Shown one piece after another: positions 1 to 7,218 of a DNA stretch of 41,775 bases (its first letter is position 1; each line of letters opens with the position of its first letter). A program made the translations under genes and the position numbers. The DNA is taken from positions 1-41,775 of the forward strand of contig CBFGVC010000001.1 in assembly GCA_965652255.1 (NCBI GenBank), read 5' to 3'. Source of the stretch: an uncultured Fibrobacteria bacterium (lineage in GTDB: Bacteria; Fibrobacterota; Fibrobacteria; UBA11236). The notes under the pieces were generated by a model. The model did not search any database. It was not told where the DNA came from and was given only the letters and a program-made list of their open reading frames with translations.

Positions 1-76
1 ATCAGAAATCAAAAATCAGAAACAGGAAAGGGGAAACGCGTTCTTTTCTGATTTCATGTTTCCGATTCCTGATTTC
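1..76. repeat. heptamer-periodic inverted-repeat element A (possibly truncated by the window start), 3' of gene 77..964
   Basis: Left arm ATCAGAA|ATCAAAA|ATCAGAA|ACAGGAA|AGGGGAA. Right arm CTGATTT|CATGTTT|CCGATTC|CTGATTT. The perfect 10-bp pairing AAATCAGAAA (13-22) with TTTCTGATTT (45-54) was checked by hand. Confidence 0.6.
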
Positions 77-964
77 CTAGAGCGTTCCCAGCTCCCTCTT
101 GATCGACTCGAGCCTCTCGTAGTCCTCGCTCTGCAGCGCCTCGACCTTCGAGACCAAAAGCTCCAGCTTGCGCAAGGTGTGAGCGTCGAGCGAGGGCGCG
201 GCCTCGATCAGGCTGACCATCGCCTCGGTGTCCTCCGGAAAGCCGAAATCGGCCATGAAGGTTCGGAATTCCGTCACCGACCTGGCGTGATCGTCTCCCC
301 CGCCCCGAGTGTAGATCATGCGCGGGATCAGCACGGTGAGCAAATGCGACTTCCAGTCGGCGGGAGGAACTTTCGCCTCCGTCTCCTCCGGCTCGGCCGT
401 CGTGGACTCGATCGCGCCGAGGAGAGCCGCGATCTCGCCCTCCACCGCCTTGTGCTCCTGCTCCCGGTAATGCGCCTGGTAGAGAAGCGGAAAGGCGTTC
501 ACGCACAGGTGCGCGTGCGCCAGCACGGTGAAGGAGCCCAGGTAATAGACGTCGGCGTCCTGCGCCAGCATCTCCTCCTCGGAGGAAAAGTGAGCCACCT
601 TCGCGGGGATGGGGATGAAGTCGGCGTTCTTCATCGAGTCGAGACGCTCCTTGACCGCCTCGGGATCGAGCGCGCCCTCGAGTCCGCCCGTCTCGCGCGC
701 CTGCTCGATGACCTCCTCGATGCCCTTCTCCAGGGAGATTCCGAACTCCTTGCGGAAGAAGTCGCGGATGTCGCGCTGCTCCACGTAGTTGGCCGTGACG
801 GCGAGCATCCCGTTGCGAACGAGCGCCTCCAGCGGCGAGGCTTCCTCGCCGGGGGCGCGGGGCGAGTCCTCCGGGCGCTCATAGCGCACGTAGGCCACGA
901 GCCGCCCGCTCAATCGGTTCGGATCGCCCTTCTTCAACTCGGCTTTAAGCGCGGAAAAGTCCAT
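77..964 (-). CDS. hypothetical protein, 295 aa, acidic, no motif I recognise
   Basis: ATG at 962-964 and TAG at 77-79. Composition and G/C third-position bias match neighbouring real genes. The competing ORFs 54..506(-), 56..1027(+) and 631..882(-) are Arg/Gly/Pro-rich shadow frames. Confidence 0.6.
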   Translation of the reverse strand: MDFSALKAELKKGDPNRLSGRLVAYVRYERPEDSPRAPGEEASPLEALVRNGMLAVTANYVEQRDIRDFFRKEFGISLEKGIEEVIEQARETGGLEGALDPEAVKERLDSMKNADFIPIPAKVAHFSSEEEMLAQDADVYYLGSFTVLAHAHLCVNAFPLLYQAHYREQEHKAVEGEIAALLGAIESTTAEPEETEAKVPPADWKSHLLTVLIPRMIYTRGGGDDHARSVTEFRTFMADFGFPEDTEAMVSLIEAAPSLDAHTLRKLELLVSKVEALQSEDYERLESIKRELGTL

Positions 965-982
965 GGGAGGAAACTACTAAGA

Positions 983-1170
983 GGGTGGCTGGTGGGTGGT
1001 GGCCGGCGGGTAGTGGCCGGTGGGTAGTGGCTGGTGGGTAGCAGGTAGTGGATGCGGTAGTCAGGAAAAAAAGGAGGGCTCGGACCGAATACAGGAAGCG
1101 CCGAATTCAATGGACGGCGAACGATCGGTTCAAGGCCACTACCCACTACCCACCCGCCCCTACCCCCTAC
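983..1170. repeat. heptamer-periodic inverted-repeat element B, between the prs-like stop and the next gene's start
   Basis: G-rich arm 983-1060 parses as ...TAGTGGC|CGGTGGG|TAGTGGC|TGGTGGG|TAGCAGG|TAGTGGA (14-nt super-period, about 5 copies). C-rich arm 1135-1170 parses as GCCACTA|CCCACTA|CCCACCC|GCCCCTA|CCCCCTA. GTGGGTAGTGGC (1020-1031) is the exact reverse complement of GCCACTACCCAC (1135-1146). Confidence 0.75.
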
Positions 1171-2336
1171 TTCCCGTTCCCCAGGTTCGGCCTCCAGCGC
1201 GGATTCTTCGAGGACATGTCCACCGAATAGAAATCGCGGGCGAACTTGGAGGCGTCCTTGCCGAGGTACTCGAGCAGGAAGCGGGCCACCCACTTCTCGA
1301 TCTTCAGCACCACCATCTTCTTGCGCAGGCGCCCTTGGCTGTCGCGGTTGAGGATGGACGGGATGGAGTTGAGCGAGAGGATCTCGTCGAGCAGCGGCGA
1401 GTTGAGGTTCTCGCGCCCCTCGGGCGAGGCGTAGAAATGCGTCACGCCGAAGATGATCTTGCGCGGGTTGCCCTCGCGCAGGAGGCGGCAGCACTCCACC
1501 ACCGTCGAGCCGGTGCGAACCATGTCGTCGAGGATGATCACGTCGCGCCCGGCGATGCCCTCGAGGGGCACGTCGGACCGCGCGCTGACCTCCATGCGCA
1601 CCTGGCGCTCGCCGGTGCGCGACTTTTCCATCACGATGCAGCGCGCGCCGGGCAGGTCGAGCGAGGTCCGGACCTCGCGGACGAAGGGCAGCGCGCCCAT
1701 GTCGGGCGCGCAAAGGACGAGGTTGTCGCCGCCCTGCCCCGGAAAGACCATGTCGGAGTGCTTGATGTAATCGGCGTACACCTCGTTGGGGATGAGGTTG
1801 TGGAACTCCCCGCCGAAGGTCTCCCCGAACAGCTTCTGCACCTTGGAGCTGTGGTTGTGCACCGTGATCACCGCGTCCACGCCCGAGAGCTTGAGCAGCT
1901 CGGCGTAGAGGTTTGCCGTGAACGGCTGGCCGTCGAACTTCTTGAGGTCCTCGAGCGGGCGCGCCTCCTCGTCCTCGGCGCGGCGCGGGCCGCGGTCCTG
2001 CGCCGAGAAGAACAGGTCGGGCTCGACGAGCACCACCTGCCTCGCGCCGTTCTCCTTGGCGCCGCGCGCCAGCATGAGCGTGCGCATCGCCAGCGAACCG
2101 CGCGAGTCGCTGGTGGCCGCCGAGCAGATCACCACCGTCTTGCCCTCGAGCGAGCGGCCGATGCGCTCCATGTCGCCCTCGTCGCTGATGTAGCGCGGGC
2201 AGAACTCGGAGTTGGCGTAGACCTTGAGCGAGATCAGGTCGGCGATCTCGTCGCGCTGGCCGCACATGTGCGCCAGGTCGATGGCGAAGGGGTCGTCGGA
2301 GACGTTGGAGACGATGAGGACGTCGCTGTTGCGCAT
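1167..2336 (-). CDS. prs: ribose-phosphate pyrophosphokinase (PRPP synthetase) family protein, long divergent form
   Basis: PRTase/PRPP-binding loop RDVIILDDMVRTGSTVVE. VVLVEPDLFFSAQDR aligns with the Prs Y-x-x-Y-A-R-Q-D-R region but is followed by an acidic insertion of about 25 aa (GPRRAEDEEARPLEDLKKFDGQ). It then continues FTANLYAELLKLSGVDAVITVHNH, like the Prs AKLVA..L..AG.d.v.t.DLH region. At 389 aa it is longer than the usual ~315 aa. Confidence 0.72.
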   Translation of the reverse strand: MRNSDVLIVSNVSDDPFAIDLAHMCGQRDEIADLISLKVYANSEFCPRYISDEGDMERIGRSLEGKTVVICSAATSDSRGSLAMRTLMLARGAKENGARQVVLVEPDLFFSAQDRGPRRAEDEEARPLEDLKKFDGQPFTANLYAELLKLSGVDAVITVHNHSSKVQKLFGETFGGEFHNLIPNEVYADYIKHSDMVFPGQGGDNLVLCAPDMGALPFVREVRTSLDLPGARCIVMEKSRTGERQVRMEVSARSDVPLEGIAGRDVIILDDMVRTGSTVVECCRLLREGNPRKIIFGVTHFYASPEGRENLNSPLLDEILSLNSIPSILNRDSQGRLRKKMVVLKIEKWVARFLLEYLGKDASKFARDFYSVDMSSKNPRWRPNLGNGK

Positions 2337-2411
2337 TGCCTGCCTTGGAAGGCCCGGTCGGCTGCCGGGAGACGGATCAAAGGGTAGCTAAATGCGGGGA
2401 TTCTTCGGGGT

Positions 2412-2550
2412 CGAAGCTTCCTTGGGGCAAGGTAACGGGTAATGGGTAACGGGTGCGGGAGAGCACGTAGAGGGGGGGCTGGACCGGGTTCCGACGCCAT
2501 TACCCGTTACCCGAAACCCATTACCCGTTCCCGTTCCCGACGAAGCTTCG
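2412..2550. repeat. heptamer-periodic inverted-repeat element C, between the glgP stop and the prs-like start
   Basis: Left arm GGTAACG|GGTAATG|GGTAACG|GGTGCGG. Right arm CCATTAC|CCGTTAC|CCGAAAC|CCATTAC|CCGTTCC. 15-bp perfect pairing 2431-2445 with 2497-2511, and an alternative 14-bp register 2434-2447 with 2516-2529. The element is closed by CGAAGCTTC (2412-2420) and CGAAGCTTCG (2541-2550). Confidence 0.8.
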
Positions 2551-2567
2551 CCGGCGAAGGACCTCCC

Positions 2568-5111
2568 CTACCCCTCCACCTTGACCGGCGTCGTCTTCCA
2601 CACGTCGCGGTTGTATTCCGCGATGGTGCGGTCGGAGGAGAACTCGCCCATGCGCGCCACGTTGAGGATGGCCGCGCGCGTCCACCATTCGGAGTCTCGG
2701 TAGCGCTCCGAGACCTCGCGCTGGCAGGCGGCGTAGGCGGCGAAATCGGCGAAGAGCATGTACTCGTCGTGGTGGTGCAGGCCGTCGAGGAAGCCGCGGA
2801 AAAGGCCCGGATCCTCGGGGCTGAAATGCCCGGCGCGCAGGAGCCCGAGCACGGCGGAGAGGGCGGGATCGGCCGCCGCGGCCGCGGCGGGGTCGTAGCC
2901 CGAGTCCTTGCGGGCCTGCACCTCGGCGGCCGTCATCCCGAACAGGAAGAAGTTCTCGGCGCCCACCGCCTCGCGGATCTCGATGTTGGCGCCGTCCAGG
3001 GTCCCGATGGTGAGCGCGCCGTTCAGGGCGAACTTCATGTTTCCCGTGCCGCTGGCCTCGGTGCCCGCCGTGGAGATCTGCTCCGAGAGGTCGCTGGCCG
3101 GGAAGATCTTCTCGGCCAGCGAGACCCGGTAATCCTCCAGGAAGACCACGCGCAGGATCCCGCGCGTGTCGGGATCGGCGTTGACCACGGAGGCCACCCC
3201 GTTGATCATCTTGATGATGAGCTTCGCCGTGTGGTACCCCGGCGCGGCCTTGCCGGCGAAGAGGAAGGTGCGCGGCAGCATCCCGTCGCCTCGCCCCGCC
3301 TTGATCTCGTTGTAGAGGTGCGCGACGTGCAGGATGTTCAGCGATTGCCGCTTGTACTCGTGGATGCGCTTCACCTGCACGTCGAACAGCGTGGAGGGAT
3401 CGCATTCGGTGTCGTGGGCGTGGCGGATCCAGGCGGCCAAGGCCGCCTTGTTCGCCCGCTTGACCTCGCGCCAGCGCTCGCGGAACTCGCCGTCGTCGGC
3501 GAAGCGCTCCAGCGCGTCGAGGCGCGAGAGGTCTCGCACCCAGCCGTCGCCGATCTTCTCGGTGATGAGGGAGGAGAGCCGGGGGTTGGCCTTGTAAAGC
3601 CAGCGCCGGGGCGTCACGCCGTTGGTCTTGTTGTGGAACTTCTCCGGCGTCAGCTCGGCGAAGTCCCTGAGCACCCGCGACTTGAGGAGTTCGGTATGCA
3701 GCGCGGCCACGCCGTTCACGGCGCTCGATCCAACCACCGCGAGGTAGGCCATGCGCACCGAGCGGTCGGTCCCCTCCTCGACCAGCGACATGCGGCGCAG
3801 GCGGTCGCCGTCGCCGGGATAGCGCCACGAGACCTGCTTGAGAAAGCGATAGTTGATCTCGTAGATGATCTGCAGGTGGCGCGGCAGGAGCCTGCCCAGG
3901 AGTTCCACGCCCCACTTCTCGAGCGCCTCGGGGAGCAAGGTGTGGTTCGTGTAGGCGAAGGCGCGCGTGGTGATGTCCCACGCGTGTTCCCAGGAGAAGC
4001 CTTCCTCGTCCACGAGCAGGCGCATCAACTCGGGGATGGAAATCGCCGGATGCGTGTCGTTCAGCTGGATCACGGCCTTCTCGGCCAACTGGCTGCAGTC
4101 CTTGTGGTACTTCTTGTGGCGGCGGAGGATGTCGTGCAAGGTGGCCGCGCACAGGAAGTACTGCTGCTTGAGCCGCAGCTCCTTGCCGTTCATCGAGCTG
4201 TCGTTGGGGTATAGGACCTTCGAGATGCTCTCGGCCAGCGCGATGTCCTTGCTCGCCTCCACGTAGTCGCCGCTGTTGAAGTAATGCAGGCCGAAGTCGT
4301 CGGACGACTTCGCCGACCAGAGCCGCAACGTGTTCACCGTGCCGCAGCCGTAACCAGGCACCGGCGTGTCGTAGGGCGCCGCCAGGACGGTCTCGGCGTC
4401 CACCCATTCGTGAAGCTCCACTCCCTGCGCGTTGCGGCGCGTCACCACGCGCCCCTTGAAGCGCACCGGCACGGTGTACTCCGGCCGCGAGATTTCCCAA
4501 GGGTTCGGCAGGCGCAGCCAGTTGTCGGGATGCTCCTGCTGCCAGCCGTCGCGGATCTTCTGGTGGAACATGCCGTAGTCGTAGCGGATGCCGTAGCCGT
4601 AGGCGGGCAACTCGAGCGTGGCCATCGAATCGAGGAAGCACGCCGCCAGGCGGCCGAGGCCCCCGTTGCCGAGGCCGGCCTCCAGCTCCTGCCCGCGCAA
4701 ATCCTCGAGGTTGAGCCCCAGGTCGTACATGGCCTCGCGCGCCTCGGAGTCGAGGCCGAGGTTGATGAGCGCGTTGCCGAGCGAGCGCCCCATCAGGAAC
4801 TCCATCGACAGGTAGTACACGCGGCGCGCGTCGTGGCGATAGTAGGCCTGCTGCGTGGCGATCCAGCGCGCGATCAGCTTGTCGCGCGCGGCATAGGCCA
4901 GCGCGAGGTACTTGTCGTAGGGCGTGGCGGAATACTTGTCCTTGCCCAGCGACGACTCGAGATGGCGGAAGAACGCCGCCTCGATGCCGTGATGCGCGTC
5001 GGCCTGCGGAATCGAGCGCTCCTCGAGGTCACGCGACTTGGGGGAGGCCTTCGCGGGCTTGGAGCTTTTCGGGGACTTCGGGTTCGACTTGGACTTTGAA
5101 GAGGCGGGCAT
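2568..5111 (-). CDS. glgP: glycogen/maltodextrin phosphorylase (GT35)
   Basis: Canonical PLP-lysine block EASGTGNMKFALNGALTIGTLDGANIEI, with full-length similarity of motif order to alpha-glucan phosphorylases. I chose the start at ATG 5109-5111 (MPASSKSKS...), which has GGAG 6 nt upstream. The track ORF extends to 5213 through a non-coding-looking stretch. Confidence 0.95.
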   Translation of the reverse strand: MPASSKSKSNPKSPKSSKPAKASPKSRDLEERSIPQADAHHGIEAAFFRHLESSLGKDKYSATPYDKYLALAYAARDKLIARWIATQQAYYRHDARRVYYLSMEFLMGRSLGNALINLGLDSEAREAMYDLGLNLEDLRGQELEAGLGNGGLGRLAACFLDSMATLELPAYGYGIRYDYGMFHQKIRDGWQQEHPDNWLRLPNPWEISRPEYTVPVRFKGRVVTRRNAQGVELHEWVDAETVLAAPYDTPVPGYGCGTVNTLRLWSAKSSDDFGLHYFNSGDYVEASKDIALAESISKVLYPNDSSMNGKELRLKQQYFLCAATLHDILRRHKKYHKDCSQLAEKAVIQLNDTHPAISIPELMRLLVDEEGFSWEHAWDITTRAFAYTNHTLLPEALEKWGVELLGRLLPRHLQIIYEINYRFLKQVSWRYPGDGDRLRRMSLVEEGTDRSVRMAYLAVVGSSAVNGVAALHTELLKSRVLRDFAELTPEKFHNKTNGVTPRRWLYKANPRLSSLITEKIGDGWVRDLSRLDALERFADDGEFRERWREVKRANKAALAAWIRHAHDTECDPSTLFDVQVKRIHEYKRQSLNILHVAHLYNEIKAGRGDGMLPRTFLFAGKAAPGYHTAKLIIKMINGVASVVNADPDTRGILRVVFLEDYRVSLAEKIFPASDLSEQISTAGTEASGTGNMKFALNGALTIGTLDGANIEIREAVGAENFFLFGMTAAEVQARKDSGYDPAAAAAADPALSAVLGLLRAGHFSPEDPGLFRGFLDGLHHHDEYMLFADFAAYAACQREVSERYRDSEWWTRAAILNVARMGEFSSDRTIAEYNRDVWKTTPVKVEG

Positions 5112-5183
5112 GTGAAACTCCGGAGGCGGAGGCGGGCTGGCCCAATCATAACAACGGAAGAAAGGCGAGAGTAGCGCCGGGCG

Positions 5184-5248
5184 TTTGAAACAAAAGGCGG
5201 CTGAGTTGTCCATAAGTGTCCAGCTTTGTCGCCCCCTTTTGTTTCAAA
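5184..5248. promoter_or_regulatory. perfect 14-bp inverted repeat with 37-nt spacer in the glgP / methyltransferase divergent intergenic region
   Basis: TTTGAAACAAAAGG (5184-5197) and CCTTTTGTTTCAAA (5235-5248) are exact reverse complements (checked base by base). Confidence 0.6.
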
Positions 5249-6036
5249 TGTCCGGCGCCGAGGTTTACCTTTTCTTCTCCATGACCTCCCCTGCTTCCTT
5301 TTTTCTCTCCTTGGGCCTCGAACCGCTCGCATGGGAGGAGGTCCTGCGCCGCGCCGAGGCGCGGCTCGGCGAAAAGGCGTCGAACAAGACCTCGGAGTTC
5401 GCGCGGCTGCACCGCGCCTTCGTCGCCTATCCGACCGAGCGCACCGCCCGCGCCTTCTATGACTTCGTCGCAGGGAACGACCTGCACGGATTGCTCGCAT
5501 GCCATCGCTTCGATCGCCTCGTCGCCATCGCCGAATCGCTGGATGCCTCACGGCCTTTTCCCCTCGACGGCTCCTCGATCCTCGACATCGGCGCGGGCGG
5601 AGGTTTCCTTGCCACCTGGCTCCGCGACGCGCGCGGAGCGCGCGTCGCGGTCTCGGACCTTTCTCCCGCCTCCGAGGCGGCGCTGGCCGCGCAAGGCTTC
5701 GAATCGCTGCGGGACCTTCCGGAAGACAGGCGCTTCGACTTCATCCTGTGCGCCGACAGCCTCGGCGAAGTCCACTCCGACGAGGACGATTGGCTCGCCG
5801 ACGCCGCGAACGCGGGGGATCCCGCCTTCGTCGAGGAACTGGAGGCGCGCTACGGCCTCGCGCGCAAGCTGGCCGCGCTGCGCCCGCGGCTTGCCGCGGG
5901 CGGCCGCGTCGCGCTCTTCGAGCCCGCGCCCCAGGCGCACTTCTGGCGCGGCGCGGCGCGGCTTTTGGAAGGCGAAGGATGGAACGTCGAGGTCCTTGGG
6001 CCTGGGCCCGCCTGGCGCATGATCCTCAAGGCCTGA
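5248..6036 (+). CDS. class I SAM-dependent methyltransferase
   Basis: Motif I ILDIGAGGGFLATWL, followed by an acidic post-I residue (VAVSDLS) and FDFILCADSLGEV. The start is uncertain: TTG 5185, ATG 5248 or ATG 5281 are all in frame. Third-position G/C bias only becomes gene-like after 5248. Confidence 0.7.
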   Translation: MSGAEVYLFFSMTSPASFFLSLGLEPLAWEEVLRRAEARLGEKASNKTSEFARLHRAFVAYPTERTARAFYDFVAGNDLHGLLACHRFDRLVAIAESLDASRPFPLDGSSILDIGAGGGFLATWLRDARGARVAVSDLSPASEAALAAQGFESLRDLPEDRRFDFILCADSLGEVHSDEDDWLADAANAGDPAFVEELEARYGLARKLAALRPRLAAGGRVALFEPAPQAHFWRGAARLLEGEGWNVEVLGPGPAWRMILKA

Positions 6037-6110
6037 GGCCACGGGCGGCCCCGGAGGGGCGCCACTTCGGCATCCGCCGGCCCCGAATCCGTTCATCGCC
6101 CCCGAATGCT

Positions 6111-6152
6111 CCCCCTTTCCCCTCTCCGCCCCCGGGGAGAGGGGAAAGGGGG
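6111..6152 (+). terminator. 17-bp perfect GC-rich hairpin downstream of the methyltransferase gene (terminator-like, no U-tract)
   Basis: CCCCCTTTCCCCTCTCC (6111-6127), 8-nt loop, GGAGAGGGGAAAGGGGG (6136-6152). Complementarity was checked base by base. Confidence 0.5.
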
Positions 6153-6155
6153 GCT

Positions 6156-6164
6156 TGATATAAT
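6156..6164 (+). promoter_or_regulatory. extended -10 promoter candidate (TGnTATAAT) for the peroxiredoxin gene
   Basis: TGATATAAT at 6156-6164, about 135 nt upstream of ATG 6299. There is no good -35, which is usual for extended -10 promoters. Confidence 0.45.
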
Positions 6165-6298
6165 CCATCGACTTTCCTGGGGTTAGGGGCGAGGGATAAG
6201 CCAACGCCAGACCCTACCCGCTCGCAATCTTTCGATTTAGATTGATTCTAATCCCTGTGTTTTAACCGAACAAACCAACCCCCACGAAAGGATCCCCC

Positions 6299-6886
6299 AT
6301 GGCAGTTCTCGTCGGCAAAGCCGCCCCCGATTTCACCGAGGAAGTCGCGATCGGCCAGTCCACCAAGAAGATCTCGCTCTCCGATTACAAGGGCAAGAAG
6401 TACGTCGTGCTGTTCTTCTACCCGCTCGACTTCACCTTCGTCTGCCCCACCGAGATCCACGCGTTCGAGGAGGCCCGCAAGGAGTTCGAGAGCCGCGGCG
6501 CGGTGGTGCTCGGCTGCTCGGTCGACTCGGCCCACTCGCACATGGCCTGGCTGCGCACCCCGAAGAACCAGGGCGGCATCGAGGGCGTGAACTACCCGAT
6601 CATCGCCGACATCCACAAGCGCGTTTCGCGCGCCTACGACGTGCTCGACGAGGACGCGGGCATCACCTACCGCGCCTCGTTCGTGATCGACAAGAACGGC
6701 GTGGTGCAGGCGCAGGTGGTCCACCACCGCCCCATCGGCCGCAACGTGGACGAGGTGATCCGCCTGCTCGACGCGCTGCAGTACAGCGAGGAGCACGGCG
6801 AGGTTTGCCCCGCGGGCTGGACGAAGGGCCAGAAGGCCATGAAGGCCGACCTCAAGGACGTGGGCGCGTACCTCGCGAAGAAGTAA
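6299..6886 (+). CDS. typical 2-Cys peroxiredoxin (Prx1/AhpC subfamily)
   Basis: Peroxidatic Cys block FFYPLDFTFVCPTEI and resolving Cys block GEVCPAGW. At 195 aa the length is typical. Confidence 0.93.
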   Translation: MAVLVGKAAPDFTEEVAIGQSTKKISLSDYKGKKYVVLFFYPLDFTFVCPTEIHAFEEARKEFESRGAVVLGCSVDSAHSHMAWLRTPKNQGGIEGVNYPIIADIHKRVSRAYDVLDEDAGITYRASFVIDKNGVVQAQVVHHRPIGRNVDEVIRLLDALQYSEEHGEVCPAGWTKGQKAMKADLKDVGAYLAKK

Positions 6887-6905
6887 GCGAAACGCCGGCG
6901 ACGAA

Positions 6906-6944
6906 GGCCCGGTTCCCGCGAGGGGGCCGGGTTCTTTGTTTTCG
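6906..6944 (+). terminator. rho-independent terminator of the peroxiredoxin gene
   Basis: GGCCCGGTTCCC (6906-6917), GCGA tetraloop, GGGGGCCGGGTT (6922-6933). This gives 12 bp including four G:U pairs, followed by CTTTGTTTTC. Confidence 0.7.
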
Positions 6945-6954
6945 AAGCTTCGGG

Positions 6955-6983
6955 GAGGGTGGACGGTGGAAGGTAGAGGAACG
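6955..6983. repeat. left G-rich heptad arm L1 flanking the SulP segment
   Basis: GAGGGTGGACGGTGGAAGGTAGAGGAACG. GGTGGACGGTGG (6958-6969) is the exact reverse complement of 9157-9168. GGAACG (6978-6983) is the reverse complement of 9151-9156. Positions 6955-6969 match the reverse complement of 9111-9125 at 13 of 15. The arm is preceded by the palindrome CGAAGCTTCG (6943-6952). Confidence 0.6.
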
Positions 6984-7131
6984 CTACGGCGGGGCTGGAA
7001 GCCCGCCACGAAACATGGATAACAAATCCCTGTTTGCACAAGGCCTGACGCTGGACCAGAACGCATCTTCGGTTTGTTGCTCGATCATGTTGTTCATTAT
7101 TTGGGAAACCCTCTTCGAAGCGGTGCGTTGT

Positions 7132-7147
7132 GGTGGACGGTTGAAGG
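7132..7147. repeat. second copy L2 of the left arm
   Basis: GGTGGACGGTTGAAGG versus L1 GGTGGACGGTGGAAGG (6958-6973): 15 of 16 identical, in direct orientation. Confidence 0.55.
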
Positions 7148-7160
7148 AAGCATGCCTTCC

Positions 7161-7186
7161 GAGATGACGCGCGGAGGCGTCATCTC
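7161..7186 (+). promoter_or_regulatory. perfect 10-bp hairpin 33 nt upstream of the SulP start codon
   Basis: GAGATGACGC (7161-7170), loop GCGGAG, GCGTCATCTC (7177-7186). Confidence 0.5.
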
Positions 7187-7218
7187 GGGGAGTTGCGACT
7201 TATTAATTTTGAGAGTGG

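Noticed and set aside
983-1170. Interpreting the tandem heptad/14-mer arrays as a CRISPR array, a coding Gly/Trp repeat, or telomere-like repeats
   Set aside because: The units are 7-14 nt with no unique spacers, so this is not a CRISPR array. The overlapping ORFs (934..2265, 1020..2387, 1048..1230) are shadow frames. The arrays always come as complementary pairs in intergenic DNA, which argues for structure rather than coding.
2442-4641. Long ORFs 2442..4214(+) (590 aa) and 2521..4641(-) (706 aa) overlapping glgP
   Set aside because: Their composition is Arg/Gly/Ala/Pro-dominated and low-complexity, typical of off-frame translation of high-GC genes. The in-frame glgP ORF carries unmistakable phosphorylase motifs.
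5112-5213. N-terminal 34-aa extension of glgP (track start at 5213)
   Set aside because: The extension (MDNSAAFCFKRPALLSPFFRCYDW...) is not phosphorylase-like. ATG 5109-5111 has a GGAG Shine-Dalgarno 6 nt upstream and starts a Lys/Ser-rich N-tail that reads as a natural N-terminus.
6179-6225. A further G-rich heptad run GGGGTTA|GGGGCGA|GGGATAA in the peroxiredoxin 5' region with a possible C-rich partner CCCTACCCGCTCGC
   Set aside because: I could find only 5-bp complementary stretches by hand. That is too weak to call a fifth hairpin element, and only three G-tracts are present, so it is not a canonical G4.
7015-7167. 50-aa ORF (MDNKSLFAQGLTLDQNASSVCCSIMLFIIWETLFEAVRCGGRLKEACLPR) upstream of SulP
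   Set aside because: It has no ribosome-binding site, no motif and low-complexity content. It overlaps repeat L2 and the 10-bp hairpin. It is more likely non-coding leader DNA of the acquired segment.
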